Assembly (NCBI GenBank): GCA_041652815.1
Contig: JBAZGN010000004.1
Coordinates: 15,890 to 79,889, forward strand
Reading direction: 5' to 3'
Source: Candidatus Omnitrophota bacterium
GTDB taxonomy: Bacteria > Omnitrophota > Gorgyraeia > Duberdicusellales > 4484-171
DNA length: 64,000 bases
Within the stretch, counting starts at the first letter, position 1, and each line of letters begins with the position of its first letter. Made by a program: the position numbers and the translations under genes. Positions 30,565 to 38,370 of this stretch are shown here, in pieces. Below the pieces are notes generated by a model. The model was not told the DNA's origin, searched no databases, and saw only the letters and a list, made by a program, of their open reading frames with translations.

Positions 30565-33009
30565 ATGAGACTTTACTCTGGAAGCTCTGCCCAATTTATC
30601 CAAGATGTCATTCAAAATCAAATAGCAGAAAAATTAAAACTAGCTTTTTTTGATTACTTTCGTTTTTATCCCTCACCCGGAGAAATAAATTCATGGAGAA
30701 ATTCTTTGAGATCGATTTCTCAGACTTTTCAATATGCAAATTTATTAGACCACGGAATAATCCTTGAATACCAGTTACCGTTGACTTCCAAAAGATTAGA
30801 TTGCTTAATTTGTGGTAAAGATAAAGAAAATATAGATAATTCTGTTATTGTGGAGCTAAAGCAATGGGATAAATGTGAGGAGGCTATTGGAGAGAATGAG
30901 GTTTTGACTTGGCTGGGCGGCGCTAAAAGAGAAGTGCTGCATCCTTCAGTTCAAGTCGGTCAATATAAGATGTATTTAGAAGATACACATACTGCTTTTA
31001 ATGTTGACGAGAATCCTATTAGATTAAATGCATGTACCTACTTACATAACTATAGTTATTATTCCGCGGATGTTATTTTTTCTCGTAAATTTAAACAAGC
31101 ATTAGATTCCTATCCATTGTTTACAGCAGACGATGTTGACAAAATGAAAGATTATTTGCTAGACAGATTAGCTTCAGGAATGGGCATGGAAGTTCTCAAA
31201 AGAGTGGAGAAAAGCAAATACAAGCCAAGTAAGAAATTAATGGATCATGTTGGGTCGGTAGTAAAGAATAAATTGAAAGGTAAAGACGTAAAAATCTTAG
31301 GAGGAGTTCAAAATGACTATATCCTTCTAGATGAGCAGTTAATTGCGTACGATAAAGTTTTAGCTTTGGTAAAAAGGGGTTTTCATGATAAACAAAAGAA
31401 TATCCTAATAATTAGTGGTGGTCCAGGAACAGGTAAATCGGTCATAGCATTGAAACTCTTAGCTGATTTAAATGAAATGCATTACAACGCGCAATATGCA
31501 ACTGGTTCAAAGTCATTTACGGAAACATTACGAAAAATTGTTGGGACAAGAGCTGCTGCACAATTCAAATATTTTTTGAGTTATGCTGATGCCCAAAGTA
31601 ACGAAATAGATATATTAATTTGTGATGAAGCTCATAGGATACGCGAAAAAACGGTCCGCAGATACGGTAGACCTTCCGGTATAAAACAAGTCGAAGAGAT
31701 AATCCAAGCCGCAAAAGTAGTAGTGTTTCTAATTGATCAAGATCAAATTGTCCGCCCCGGAGAAATAGGTTCCAGTGATTTAATTAAAGAATATGCAAAT
31801 AAACATATTTGTAAAATATCGGAATATGAATTAGCGGCTCAATTTAGGTGTAATGGTTCTGACGCTTTTATAAATTGGGTGAACAATACTTTGGTTATTA
31901 GGAAAACTGCTAATGTTATATGGGATTTGCATGAAGAATTTGATTTCAAAATATTTACATCGCCCTTTGAGCTAGAAAAGGCTATCAGAAATAAAGTAGA
32001 TAAAGGGTATACGGGCAGAGTAACTGCAGGTTTTTGTTGGGAATGGAACTATCCCAAGGAAGATGGTACCTTGATAGACGATGTTATAATCGGTGATTAC
32101 AAACGCCCCTGGGATGCTAAGCATGACGCAAAAAAACTTGCTTTAGGGATACCGAAGGCTTCATTTTGGGCCTACGATCCTAATGGTATAAATCAAATAG
32201 GATGTATCTATACGGCTCAGGGATTTGAGTTTGATTATGTTGGTGTAATCTTTGGTGAAGATCTTAAGTATAACTTTGATGAGCAGAACTGGGTAGCTCA
32301 CAAAGAAAATTTTGCTGACTCTCAAGTTTTAAGAGCGAAGGATGAAGACTTACTTAAATACCTAAAAAATATTTATCGTGTTCTCTTGACCAGAGGCATA
32401 AAGGGTTGTTATGTTTATTTCATGGACAAGGATACCGAACGTTTTTTTAAATCGCGTATCGAAGGTGTACCTATTTATAAAGAAGAAACGCTTAAGCTTT
32501 CTGATTTAGTTACCGTGGAAGATCAATTGATCCATAAAATTGAGCAAGATATTGCCGAAAATCTTAAATATGTAGAGTATTTACCAGTTTATTCTTTAGA
32601 GGTTGCTGCCGGTAATTTTGGTCAAGCCATGAGTAGCGAAGAAGAGGGATGGATCAAGACAGATATTGGTAAAAAGTTGGATAAACGAATGTTTGTTGCA
32701 AGAGTTGTTGGTCATTCGATGGAGCCTTTAATTCCGGAAGGCAGGTACTGTATTTTTAGGTGGGGGGTTGAGGGGACTAGACAAAATAAGATTGTTTTAG
32801 TTCAGCATAATAGCATTGCTGATCCTGATACTGGAGGCAAATATACAGTTAAGAAATATACGAGCAAGAAAAAAATTGTTGATGGTGTAGCATGGGAGCA
32901 CGAAGCAATAAAACTTTTGCCATTAAATACAGCTTACAAGCCTATAGATATTCCTAATTCAGAAGAGGGTAGCTTTATTGTGATAGCTGAATTTATTAAG
33001 GTATTGTAA
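30565..33009 (+). CDS. Fusion: N-terminal PD-(D/E)xK-like region + DUF2075-type P-loop/DEAH SF1 helicase-like ATPase + C-terminal LexA/CI-type S24 autopeptidase domain
   Basis: D79 and E97-x-K99 in hydrophobic strands; Walker A 'GGPGTGKS' (285-292); Walker B 'ICDEAH' (352-357); 'YTAQGFEFDYVGVI' and 'VLLTRG' DUF2075 hallmarks; C-terminal 'VAAG' (A682-G683), 'GHSMEP' (S718), 'TVKKY' (K763/764) with LexA-like spacing. Confidence 0.75.
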   Translation: MRLYSGSSAQFIQDVIQNQIAEKLKLAFFDYFRFYPSPGEINSWRNSLRSISQTFQYANLLDHGIILEYQLPLTSKRLDCLICGKDKENIDNSVIVELKQWDKCEEAIGENEVLTWLGGAKREVLHPSVQVGQYKMYLEDTHTAFNVDENPIRLNACTYLHNYSYYSADVIFSRKFKQALDSYPLFTADDVDKMKDYLLDRLASGMGMEVLKRVEKSKYKPSKKLMDHVGSVVKNKLKGKDVKILGGVQNDYILLDEQLIAYDKVLALVKRGFHDKQKNILIISGGPGTGKSVIALKLLADLNEMHYNAQYATGSKSFTETLRKIVGTRAAAQFKYFLSYADAQSNEIDILICDEAHRIREKTVRRYGRPSGIKQVEEIIQAAKVVVFLIDQDQIVRPGEIGSSDLIKEYANKHICKISEYELAAQFRCNGSDAFINWVNNTLVIRKTANVIWDLHEEFDFKIFTSPFELEKAIRNKVDKGYTGRVTAGFCWEWNYPKEDGTLIDDVIIGDYKRPWDAKHDAKKLALGIPKASFWAYDPNGINQIGCIYTAQGFEFDYVGVIFGEDLKYNFDEQNWVAHKENFADSQVLRAKDEDLLKYLKNIYRVLLTRGIKGCYVYFMDKDTERFFKSRIEGVPIYKEETLKLSDLVTVEDQLIHKIEQDIAENLKYVEYLPVYSLEVAAGNFGQAMSSEEEGWIKTDIGKKLDKRMFVARVVGHSMEPLIPEGRYCIFRWGVEGTRQNKIVLVQHNSIADPDTGGKYTVKKYTSKKKIVDGVAWEHEAIKLLPLNTAYKPIDIPNSEEGSFIVIAEFIKVL

Positions 33010-33011
33010 AT

Positions 33012-33704
33012 ATGATTAAATCCGGAGATGTTATTTCTTATTTAGATATGTGCAAAGAAGAAGGAGTTAACCTCCAGCGAGGAATGAATTATCGATTACG
33101 AAGTGGATTTAGTGTTATTCTTATGAGCGTAAGGCTCGGTGCGCCATATGCTGATAAGGTTGAAGAAAATGGTAAAATTCTAATTTATGAAGGTCATGAT
33201 ATTCCTCAAACAAGTGGGGGGCCTATTCCGAAAAAAGTAGATCAGCCTAAGAATAATCCCGGAGGCAGCTTAACTCAAAATGGCTTATTTTATAAAGCGG
33301 CTTTAGAATATAAAGATAAGCGAAAAGATCCAGAGTTAGTTAAGGTCTACGAGAAAATACGATCAGGAATTTGGGCATATAACGGCATATTTAAATTGAT
33401 AGACTCATGGCAAGAGAATAGTAACGCAAGAAAGGTTTTTAAATTCAAGCTTAAGATGGTAGAGGAAGTTCAAAGAAGTGTGATTAAGCAAAAAGATATC
33501 GAGCACAATAGACTAATTCCAACTTCTGTGAAACTAGAAGTTTGGAAACGAGATAAAGGTAAATGTGTGGTGTGTGGTAGTGCTGATAATTTGCATTTTG
33601 ATCATATAATTCCTTATTCGAGAGGAGGGTCTTCGTTGGTTGCAAAAAACGTTCAATTGTTGTGTGCAAGACATAATATTGGGAAACGAGATAAGATTGA
33701 ATAA
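33012..33704 (+). CDS. HNH endonuclease with N-terminal putative modified-base-binding (SRA/YDG- or PUA-like) domain; candidate type IV restriction enzyme
   Basis: C-terminal 'CVVCGSADNLHFDHIIPYSRGG...NVQLLCARHN' Zn-HNH motif; N-terminal about 170 aa with 'G..hxYxG' core reminiscent of SRA; starts 3 nt after the helicase gene. Confidence 0.6.
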   Translation: MIKSGDVISYLDMCKEEGVNLQRGMNYRLRSGFSVILMSVRLGAPYADKVEENGKILIYEGHDIPQTSGGPIPKKVDQPKNNPGGSLTQNGLFYKAALEYKDKRKDPELVKVYEKIRSGIWAYNGIFKLIDSWQENSNARKVFKFKLKMVEEVQRSVIKQKDIEHNRLIPTSVKLEVWKRDKGKCVVCGSADNLHFDHIIPYSRGGSSLVAKNVQLLCARHNIGKRDKIE

Positions 33705-33757
33705 ATAATAGTTCCATTTTTAAAAAATAGATACTTTTGGAATTATTTTTTAATTAC

Positions 33758-34165
33758 ATGTTCGACAAATTAGATTTCTTCCAACTTCTACCCCGTCTTC
33801 GACGTTCTAAATTCCGTTCCAAATTTAAACTCGACCAAAAGGATTTGGATTATATTGAAAAAGTGGGGATGGAGAAGATAAAACAGCATGCGCAGGATTT
33901 TATAGAAAAGCGGCTAGCGCCGGCAGAGCCGCCGAATGACGGAAGACAAACACCATTCAAGGGGCATCCGGTTTTTAAGGCACAGCATGCAACCGCCACT
34001 TGCTGCCGCAGTTGCCTTCTAAAATGGCATTCAATTCCTAAAGGCCGCGCGTTAACTGCTGATGAATGTCAGAAAATTATCGATATCTTACTCGCCTGGA
34101 TTGTCTGGCAAACCAATTCCACCCCGGAGGTGGAACGCAGCACAAACCTAAATCCCACCGCGTAG
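33758..34165 (+). CDS. DUF4186 family protein
   Basis: 'RSKFRSKF', 'RLAPAEPPNDGRQTPFKGHPVFKAQHATATCCRSCLLKWH' match the DUF4186 hallmark as remembered; start assigned to the internal ATG. Confidence 0.55.
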   Translation: MFDKLDFFQLLPRLRRSKFRSKFKLDQKDLDYIEKVGMEKIKQHAQDFIEKRLAPAEPPNDGRQTPFKGHPVFKAQHATATCCRSCLLKWHSIPKGRALTADECQKIIDILLAWIVWQTNSTPEVERSTNLNPTA

Positions 34166-34189
34166 CTGGAATGGATCCGCTTATACAAT

Positions 34190-34229
34190 TTACACTACAT
34201 TTTAAATTTCATGGTATAATGTAGTGTAA
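34190..34229. promoter_or_regulatory. Palindromic element (12-bp arms TTACACTACATT/AATGTAGTGTAA, 16-bp spacer containing TATAAT) just upstream of the two-gene cassette
   Basis: Perfect inverted repeat read directly; -10-like TATAAT inside; AAGGAGG RBS and ATG 34245 follow. Confidence 0.7.
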
Positions 34230-34244
34230 AAACAAGGAGGCATT

Positions 34245-34550
34245 ATGAAGGTATTAAAAGGTATTTTATCGGAGAGTAAAGAATACTATCTTAGCATTAA
34301 GCGAAAGATAGAAAAAAGGCTCACAGAGCTACCTAAAGGTAGTATTAAGGAGCGAAGAATTTCAGGACAAAAATATTATTACCTGCAACAGCGAGTCGGG
34401 AAGAAGATATCACACAAGTATTTAGGGAAGCAAAAGCCAGAGCTTATTATAAAACAAATAAAAGAACGGGATGTTTTGAAACTTGAGTTAAAAAAAGTAA
34501 TCGCGTCCCTTAAAATGATACGAAAGTCAGAAGGCAAAAAACATGGTTGA
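34245..34550 (+). CDS. Small basic protein, putative partner/antitoxin of the downstream nucleotidyltransferase
   Basis: 101 aa, Lys/Arg-rich; strong RBS; stop overlaps the downstream start (ATGGTTGA). Confidence 0.5.
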   Translation: MKVLKGILSESKEYYLSIKRKIEKRLTELPKGSIKERRISGQKYYYLQQRVGKKISHKYLGKQKPELIIKQIKERDVLKLELKKVIASLKMIRKSEGKKHG

Positions 34551-35232
34551 ATCAGTTAATAAAATACTTAAGGTATTTGCTGACAATGGTCTTTTTGAAG
34601 AAGGAGTAGAGCTTATTGGAAGCTGGTGTTTCCACCTCTATCAAAAACATCTGGGCGCAAAAAGTTTTCCATTGAGGACGCAAGATATTGATTTTCTGAT
34701 ACCTAATCCTTATCGTGGGAAGGAGCATAAAGATTTTATAGACCAGCTAAAGGAATTGGGTTTTAATTACGATTTTAGTAATAATGGGTCTTTATATCTT
34801 TGGAACGCTGATTTTAAAATAGAATTTATAACTCCCCTAAAGGGCCGTGGATTAGAAAAGAGCATAAAGATTAAGGCGTTTGGTTTTAAAGCCATACCGC
34901 TAAGATTCGTTGATTTATTGTTAAACCACCCTATCAATATAAACGATAATGGCATTAATATTAAAATACCTAATCCAGCTAATTTTTGTCTTCACAAACT
35001 TATAGTCGCATCGCGTAGAAAAAAATTAGACAAAGCTTCAAAGGATTTACAACAGGCAATTTGTACCTCTGTAATCTTGGATAAACAAGAAGTTAAGAAA
35101 TTATTTGAGACTTTGCCAAAAAAATGGAAAAAAGCGATTTTAAAAATGCTAGAAAAGTCCAAAAAAGAATTGCCTTTATTACTTGAAGAAATAAATCAAT
35201 TAGAATTTACACTACAAGGTACTAAAAAATAA
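34543..35232 (+). CDS. Nucleotidyltransferase-fold protein, AbiEii/DUF1814-like (putative type IV TA toxin / Abi effector)
   Basis: 'IGSWCFHLY...RTQDIDFLI' resembles the G[GS]...R.S.DIDF nucleotidyltransferase motif; translationally coupled to the upstream small gene. Confidence 0.5.
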   Translation: MVESVNKILKVFADNGLFEEGVELIGSWCFHLYQKHLGAKSFPLRTQDIDFLIPNPYRGKEHKDFIDQLKELGFNYDFSNNGSLYLWNADFKIEFITPLKGRGLEKSIKIKAFGFKAIPLRFVDLLLNHPININDNGINIKIPNPANFCLHKLIVASRRKKLDKASKDLQQAICTSVILDKQEVKKLFETLPKKWKKAILKMLEKSKKELPLLLEEINQLEFTLQGTKK

Positions 35233-35246
35233 ATAATGTAGTGTAA
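35207..35246. repeat. Second copy of the cassette-flanking palindrome (TTACACTACA ... TGTAGTGTAA, 18-bp spacer)
   Basis: Shares 'AATTTACACTACA' and 'ATAATGTAGTGTAA' with the 34190-34229 copy; overlaps the last codons of the nucleotidyltransferase gene. Confidence 0.7.
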
Positions 35247-35328
35247 TGGATAACTGGTTAAAATCCTAAAAAAACCGAATCCTGCCTCGTAGGTGGGCGT
35301 GGAAAGAATGTAAAAAACATCATTCGCT

Positions 35329-36867
35329 ATGAAAAAAATCATTTTTTTCGCTTTAATCTTTATCTGTTCAATTCCGTTGTGTCTTGCCGAAAATTTAACG
35401 CAGGATAAAACAATCAAAGTAGAAGTAGGCCAGAATTTTACGATTACTCTTGAAGCTAACGCTACTACCGGCTACGAGTGGCAATTTGCTAAGCCGCTGG
35501 ATGAAAATAGTTTTAAGTTAATAAGTTCAGAGTATGTAGCGGACGAAACAAATCGCATTGGCGCAGGCGGCAGGCAGATTTGGATTTTAAAAGCGCTTAA
35601 GGCAGGAGAGACAGTTATTTCCTTTAAATACGTGCGGCCGTGGGAAAAAGATACTCCGCCGGCAAAAGAAGAATCATTCTTGATTAATGTTACAGGCGCA
35701 GAAATTACTTCTAGTTCTATCAAGCCGGAGTTTTCAGAGATCTTGAAAAGCGAATGGCAGGCGTATAAAAGCGATAAGCCTAATTTTACTGGCGGGCTTG
35801 CCATGCAAATACTTTCACCTAAGGGTGATTATTTTATAGCAACAGATATGGGTGATAATGTTACTAATGCTCATCATTTTCGTATAGCGAGCGTAACTAA
35901 AACCTTCACTGCTGCAGGAATAATGCTGCTTAATCAAAGAGGCGCGCTTAATATTGACGATAAGATTACGGATAATATTCCAGGCAAGGGCGTTGCCTAT
36001 ATACCTGACACTCCCGATTACGATATACCTTATAAAAATGATATTACTATTCGAATGCTTCTTATGCATCGGGCAGGCATATTTGATATTACAAACAATA
36101 ATATTCCCGATAATGAATTCTCGCATAACCAGCCTTACGTCGGGCAAAGTTACCTTGATTATATGGAGGAGAAAGACAAAAACCACACTTTTACCTTTGA
36201 TGAATTAGTAGGCGTTAATGCCAGTAACCAGTTATCTTTTTTTAAACCCGGAACAGCTTATCATTATTCCGATACTGGGTATTCTATGCTTGGAAAAATT
36301 ATTGAAAGAGTTTCCGGTAAGTCGTATGCTGATTTTATTAAAGATGAATTATTGGTACCAAACGGCCTGCTTGATACCACCCTTCCTGCCGCCGGCGCTG
36401 ACCAGGCTTTACCCGAACCTTTTATCAAAGGATATGTTTGGATGGCTGGCGAGAGCGAGGAGGTTACTAAATCTAACATGTCCCCGCATGTTGCTGAAGG
36501 GAATATAGCAACTACCTCAAAAGACCTTATTGCCTGGTGTAAAAAATTATTCCATGGCGAAGCCGGCTTAACCAGAGAGACAATTGATATGATGGAGGCC
36601 GGTATCAAGAAAGACGGCAGCCCGGATTCAAGTTATGGCCTGGGTATTTCATACGCCGTGGGTGCCGGTTATGGGCATGCCGGAGCGCACGAAGGGTATC
36701 TCACGCTGATGTATTACAATCCGGATACCGATACTTCCTATGTTATGCTTACCAATATGTGGAATGTCGAAAATGGCCTGGAATCTATTACGGCCGAGAT
36801 AAAGGCAATGATAGCAATCGCCAATAAGATTTTAAAGAAAATGGAAACTGATACCGTCCGGAAATAG
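35329..36867 (+). CDS. Secreted fusion: chagasin-like protease inhibitor (I42) domain + β-lactamase/transpeptidase-fold serine hydrolase
   Basis: Signal peptide; 'NATTGYEW' chagasin motif; 'FRIASVTKTF' S-x-x-K motif; 512 aa. Confidence 0.7.
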   Translation: MKKIIFFALIFICSIPLCLAENLTQDKTIKVEVGQNFTITLEANATTGYEWQFAKPLDENSFKLISSEYVADETNRIGAGGRQIWILKALKAGETVISFKYVRPWEKDTPPAKEESFLINVTGAEITSSSIKPEFSEILKSEWQAYKSDKPNFTGGLAMQILSPKGDYFIATDMGDNVTNAHHFRIASVTKTFTAAGIMLLNQRGALNIDDKITDNIPGKGVAYIPDTPDYDIPYKNDITIRMLLMHRAGIFDITNNNIPDNEFSHNQPYVGQSYLDYMEEKDKNHTFTFDELVGVNASNQLSFFKPGTAYHYSDTGYSMLGKIIERVSGKSYADFIKDELLVPNGLLDTTLPAAGADQALPEPFIKGYVWMAGESEEVTKSNMSPHVAEGNIATTSKDLIAWCKKLFHGEAGLTRETIDMMEAGIKKDGSPDSSYGLGISYAVGAGYGHAGAHEGYLTLMYYNPDTDTSYVMLTNMWNVENGLESITAEIKAMIAIANKILKKMETDTVRK

Positions 36868-37054
36868 AACCTGGATATTAACAGTCGCCTGATTGGCTTT
36901 GCAGTTATTTTTTATTTGCCCTTAATCCATTACTGTATTACAATAATTGAAATAGCCGCTCTCATAGAAATACGAAAGACGGAGCTTGCGCTAATAGCAA
37001 CGCAAATAAATTCCCCGCGTAAAAAGCCCCGAAGAGAAAGGTGTAATTAATAGC

Positions 37055-37486
37055 ATGAAGACAGCGTTTAATATTTTTGTTTTGCTTTTTTTGTTTGTTA
37101 GTTTCCCGGGGTATTGTGTGCCTGCCGATAGTTCCTTCGAACAGTTAAAACTCGAACTTAAAAAAGAAGGCGTATCGAATGAGTTTATGAAAGTCACGGA
37201 AAATTCCGTAAAAAAAATGATTCTGTCAAACGCACCCATAGTTGAGATAAAACCTGTTTTATTAGATTTGTGGAAAGAAGACGTGCAAGGCAGGGCTTTA
37301 AAGAATGCAGTAGCCGCGGTAGCGGAACTCATCGCTAGCGGGGATAATGCCAAAGACGCAGCGCAAATTGCTTCTGGCGCGGCGCATAAGGCTGAGTCTG
37401 AAGGCCTAGGCGGCTTTGGCATCGGTATGAGAGTTAAAAAAGCAGTTCAGGATAGAAAGGCCTATCTTAAGGCTCTGAAGAAATAA
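37055..37486 (+). CDS. Secreted hypothetical protein
   Basis: Signal peptide; 143 aa, Ala/Lys-rich. Confidence 0.45.
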   Translation: MKTAFNIFVLLFLFVSFPGYCVPADSSFEQLKLELKKEGVSNEFMKVTENSVKKMILSNAPIVEIKPVLLDLWKEDVQGRALKNAVAAVAELIASGDNAKDAAQIASGAAHKAESEGLGGFGIGMRVKKAVQDRKAYLKALKK

Positions 37487-37512
37487 TTTTGCATTTATAA
37501 AGGGTAGATAAA

Positions 37513-38370
37513 ATGTCTAATAAATCTAATTTTACTAAATATATGCGTCATGGTTCAGCAATCGTAAAAGGAACCATCGGCCTGGGAAGATTTCTGATTC
37601 CTTACCGGATTTATGAAAGCGATGGCCCGCACATTATATGCCTTAACGGCGTGCAGCAATCTATGGCAATGTGGCACACCGTTATTTTACGCTATGCCCC
37701 GCATTACCGAATAGTGCTTTTTGATTTTCCTAATGAAGGTAGGGGCAAGGTTGTTTCAGGCCCGGTTTTTGTTACGTTGGATGAACAGGTAGACATTCTG
37801 CGTGAGGTCATAAAAGCTACAGGCACTAACAAGGCCGTTACGATATGCTCTGCTTCATGGGGAGGAATAGTTGCACTGGCATTTGCTTCGCGGTATCGTA
37901 ACGAAGTAAAGCAATTGTGCCTGGCGAGCCTGGGGACAAAAGCAAACGAAAGAATGGTTGAAACAATTAAAAGAGGCTCGCAGATAGATTCCGGTGACCG
38001 GCAAAAAATGGCCGATACATTGATTGAAAGTTTCGGGCAAAATCTACCTGAAAGTATTAAGAATAAAATTATCAGGCAGTTTCAGGCTATGAGTGAAGAG
38101 AATTTGCGCGCGTTTTATGAGCATGGTTTATTCGTTGTATCGACAAAAAAGCTTGGTGATTTAATTAAGCTTTCGCAGATTACGGCAAAAACCTATTTAA
38201 TTCATGGAGAAAATGATACGATTATCGACCCGGAAGATGTTGAGTTTCTTGCTTCCCAAATTAATCAATGCGAGGTTAGAACCATAAAAGGGGCAGGGCA
38301 TTTTCTGCATCTGGAGAAAGACGGAGCATTTGACATTTATAAAGATATTTTGCCGATACCTGCGAAGTAG
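37513..38370 (+). CDS. α/β-hydrolase fold protein
   Basis: 'CSASWGG' nucleophile elbow; C-terminal 'GAGHF' His region. Confidence 0.75.
   Translation: MSNKSNFTKYMRHGSAIVKGTIGLGRFLIPYRIYESDGPHIICLNGVQQSMAMWHTVILRYAPHYRIVLFDFPNEGRGKVVSGPVFVTLDEQVDILREVIKATGTNKAVTICSASWGGIVALAFASRYRNEVKQLCLASLGTKANERMVETIKRGSQIDSGDRQKMADTLIESFGQNLPESIKNKIIRQFQAMSEENLRAFYEHGLFVVSTKKLGDLIKLSQITAKTYLIHGENDTIIDPEDVEFLASQINQCEVRTIKGAGHFLHLEKDGAFDIYKDILPIPAK

Noticed and set aside
34190-35246. Integron attC sites flanking the nucleotidyltransferase cassette
   Set aside because: There is no GTTRRRY core or R''/L''/L'/R' organisation, and no intI nearby. The arm-and-spacer geometry (12+16+12) is also unlike XerCD dif sites.
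30214-35246. Prophage or integrative element assignment for the island
   Set aside because: No integrase, recombinase, terminase or structural genes are present. Only the lower GC, the defence content and a distant tRNA-end scar were seen, so it is called an accessory island only.
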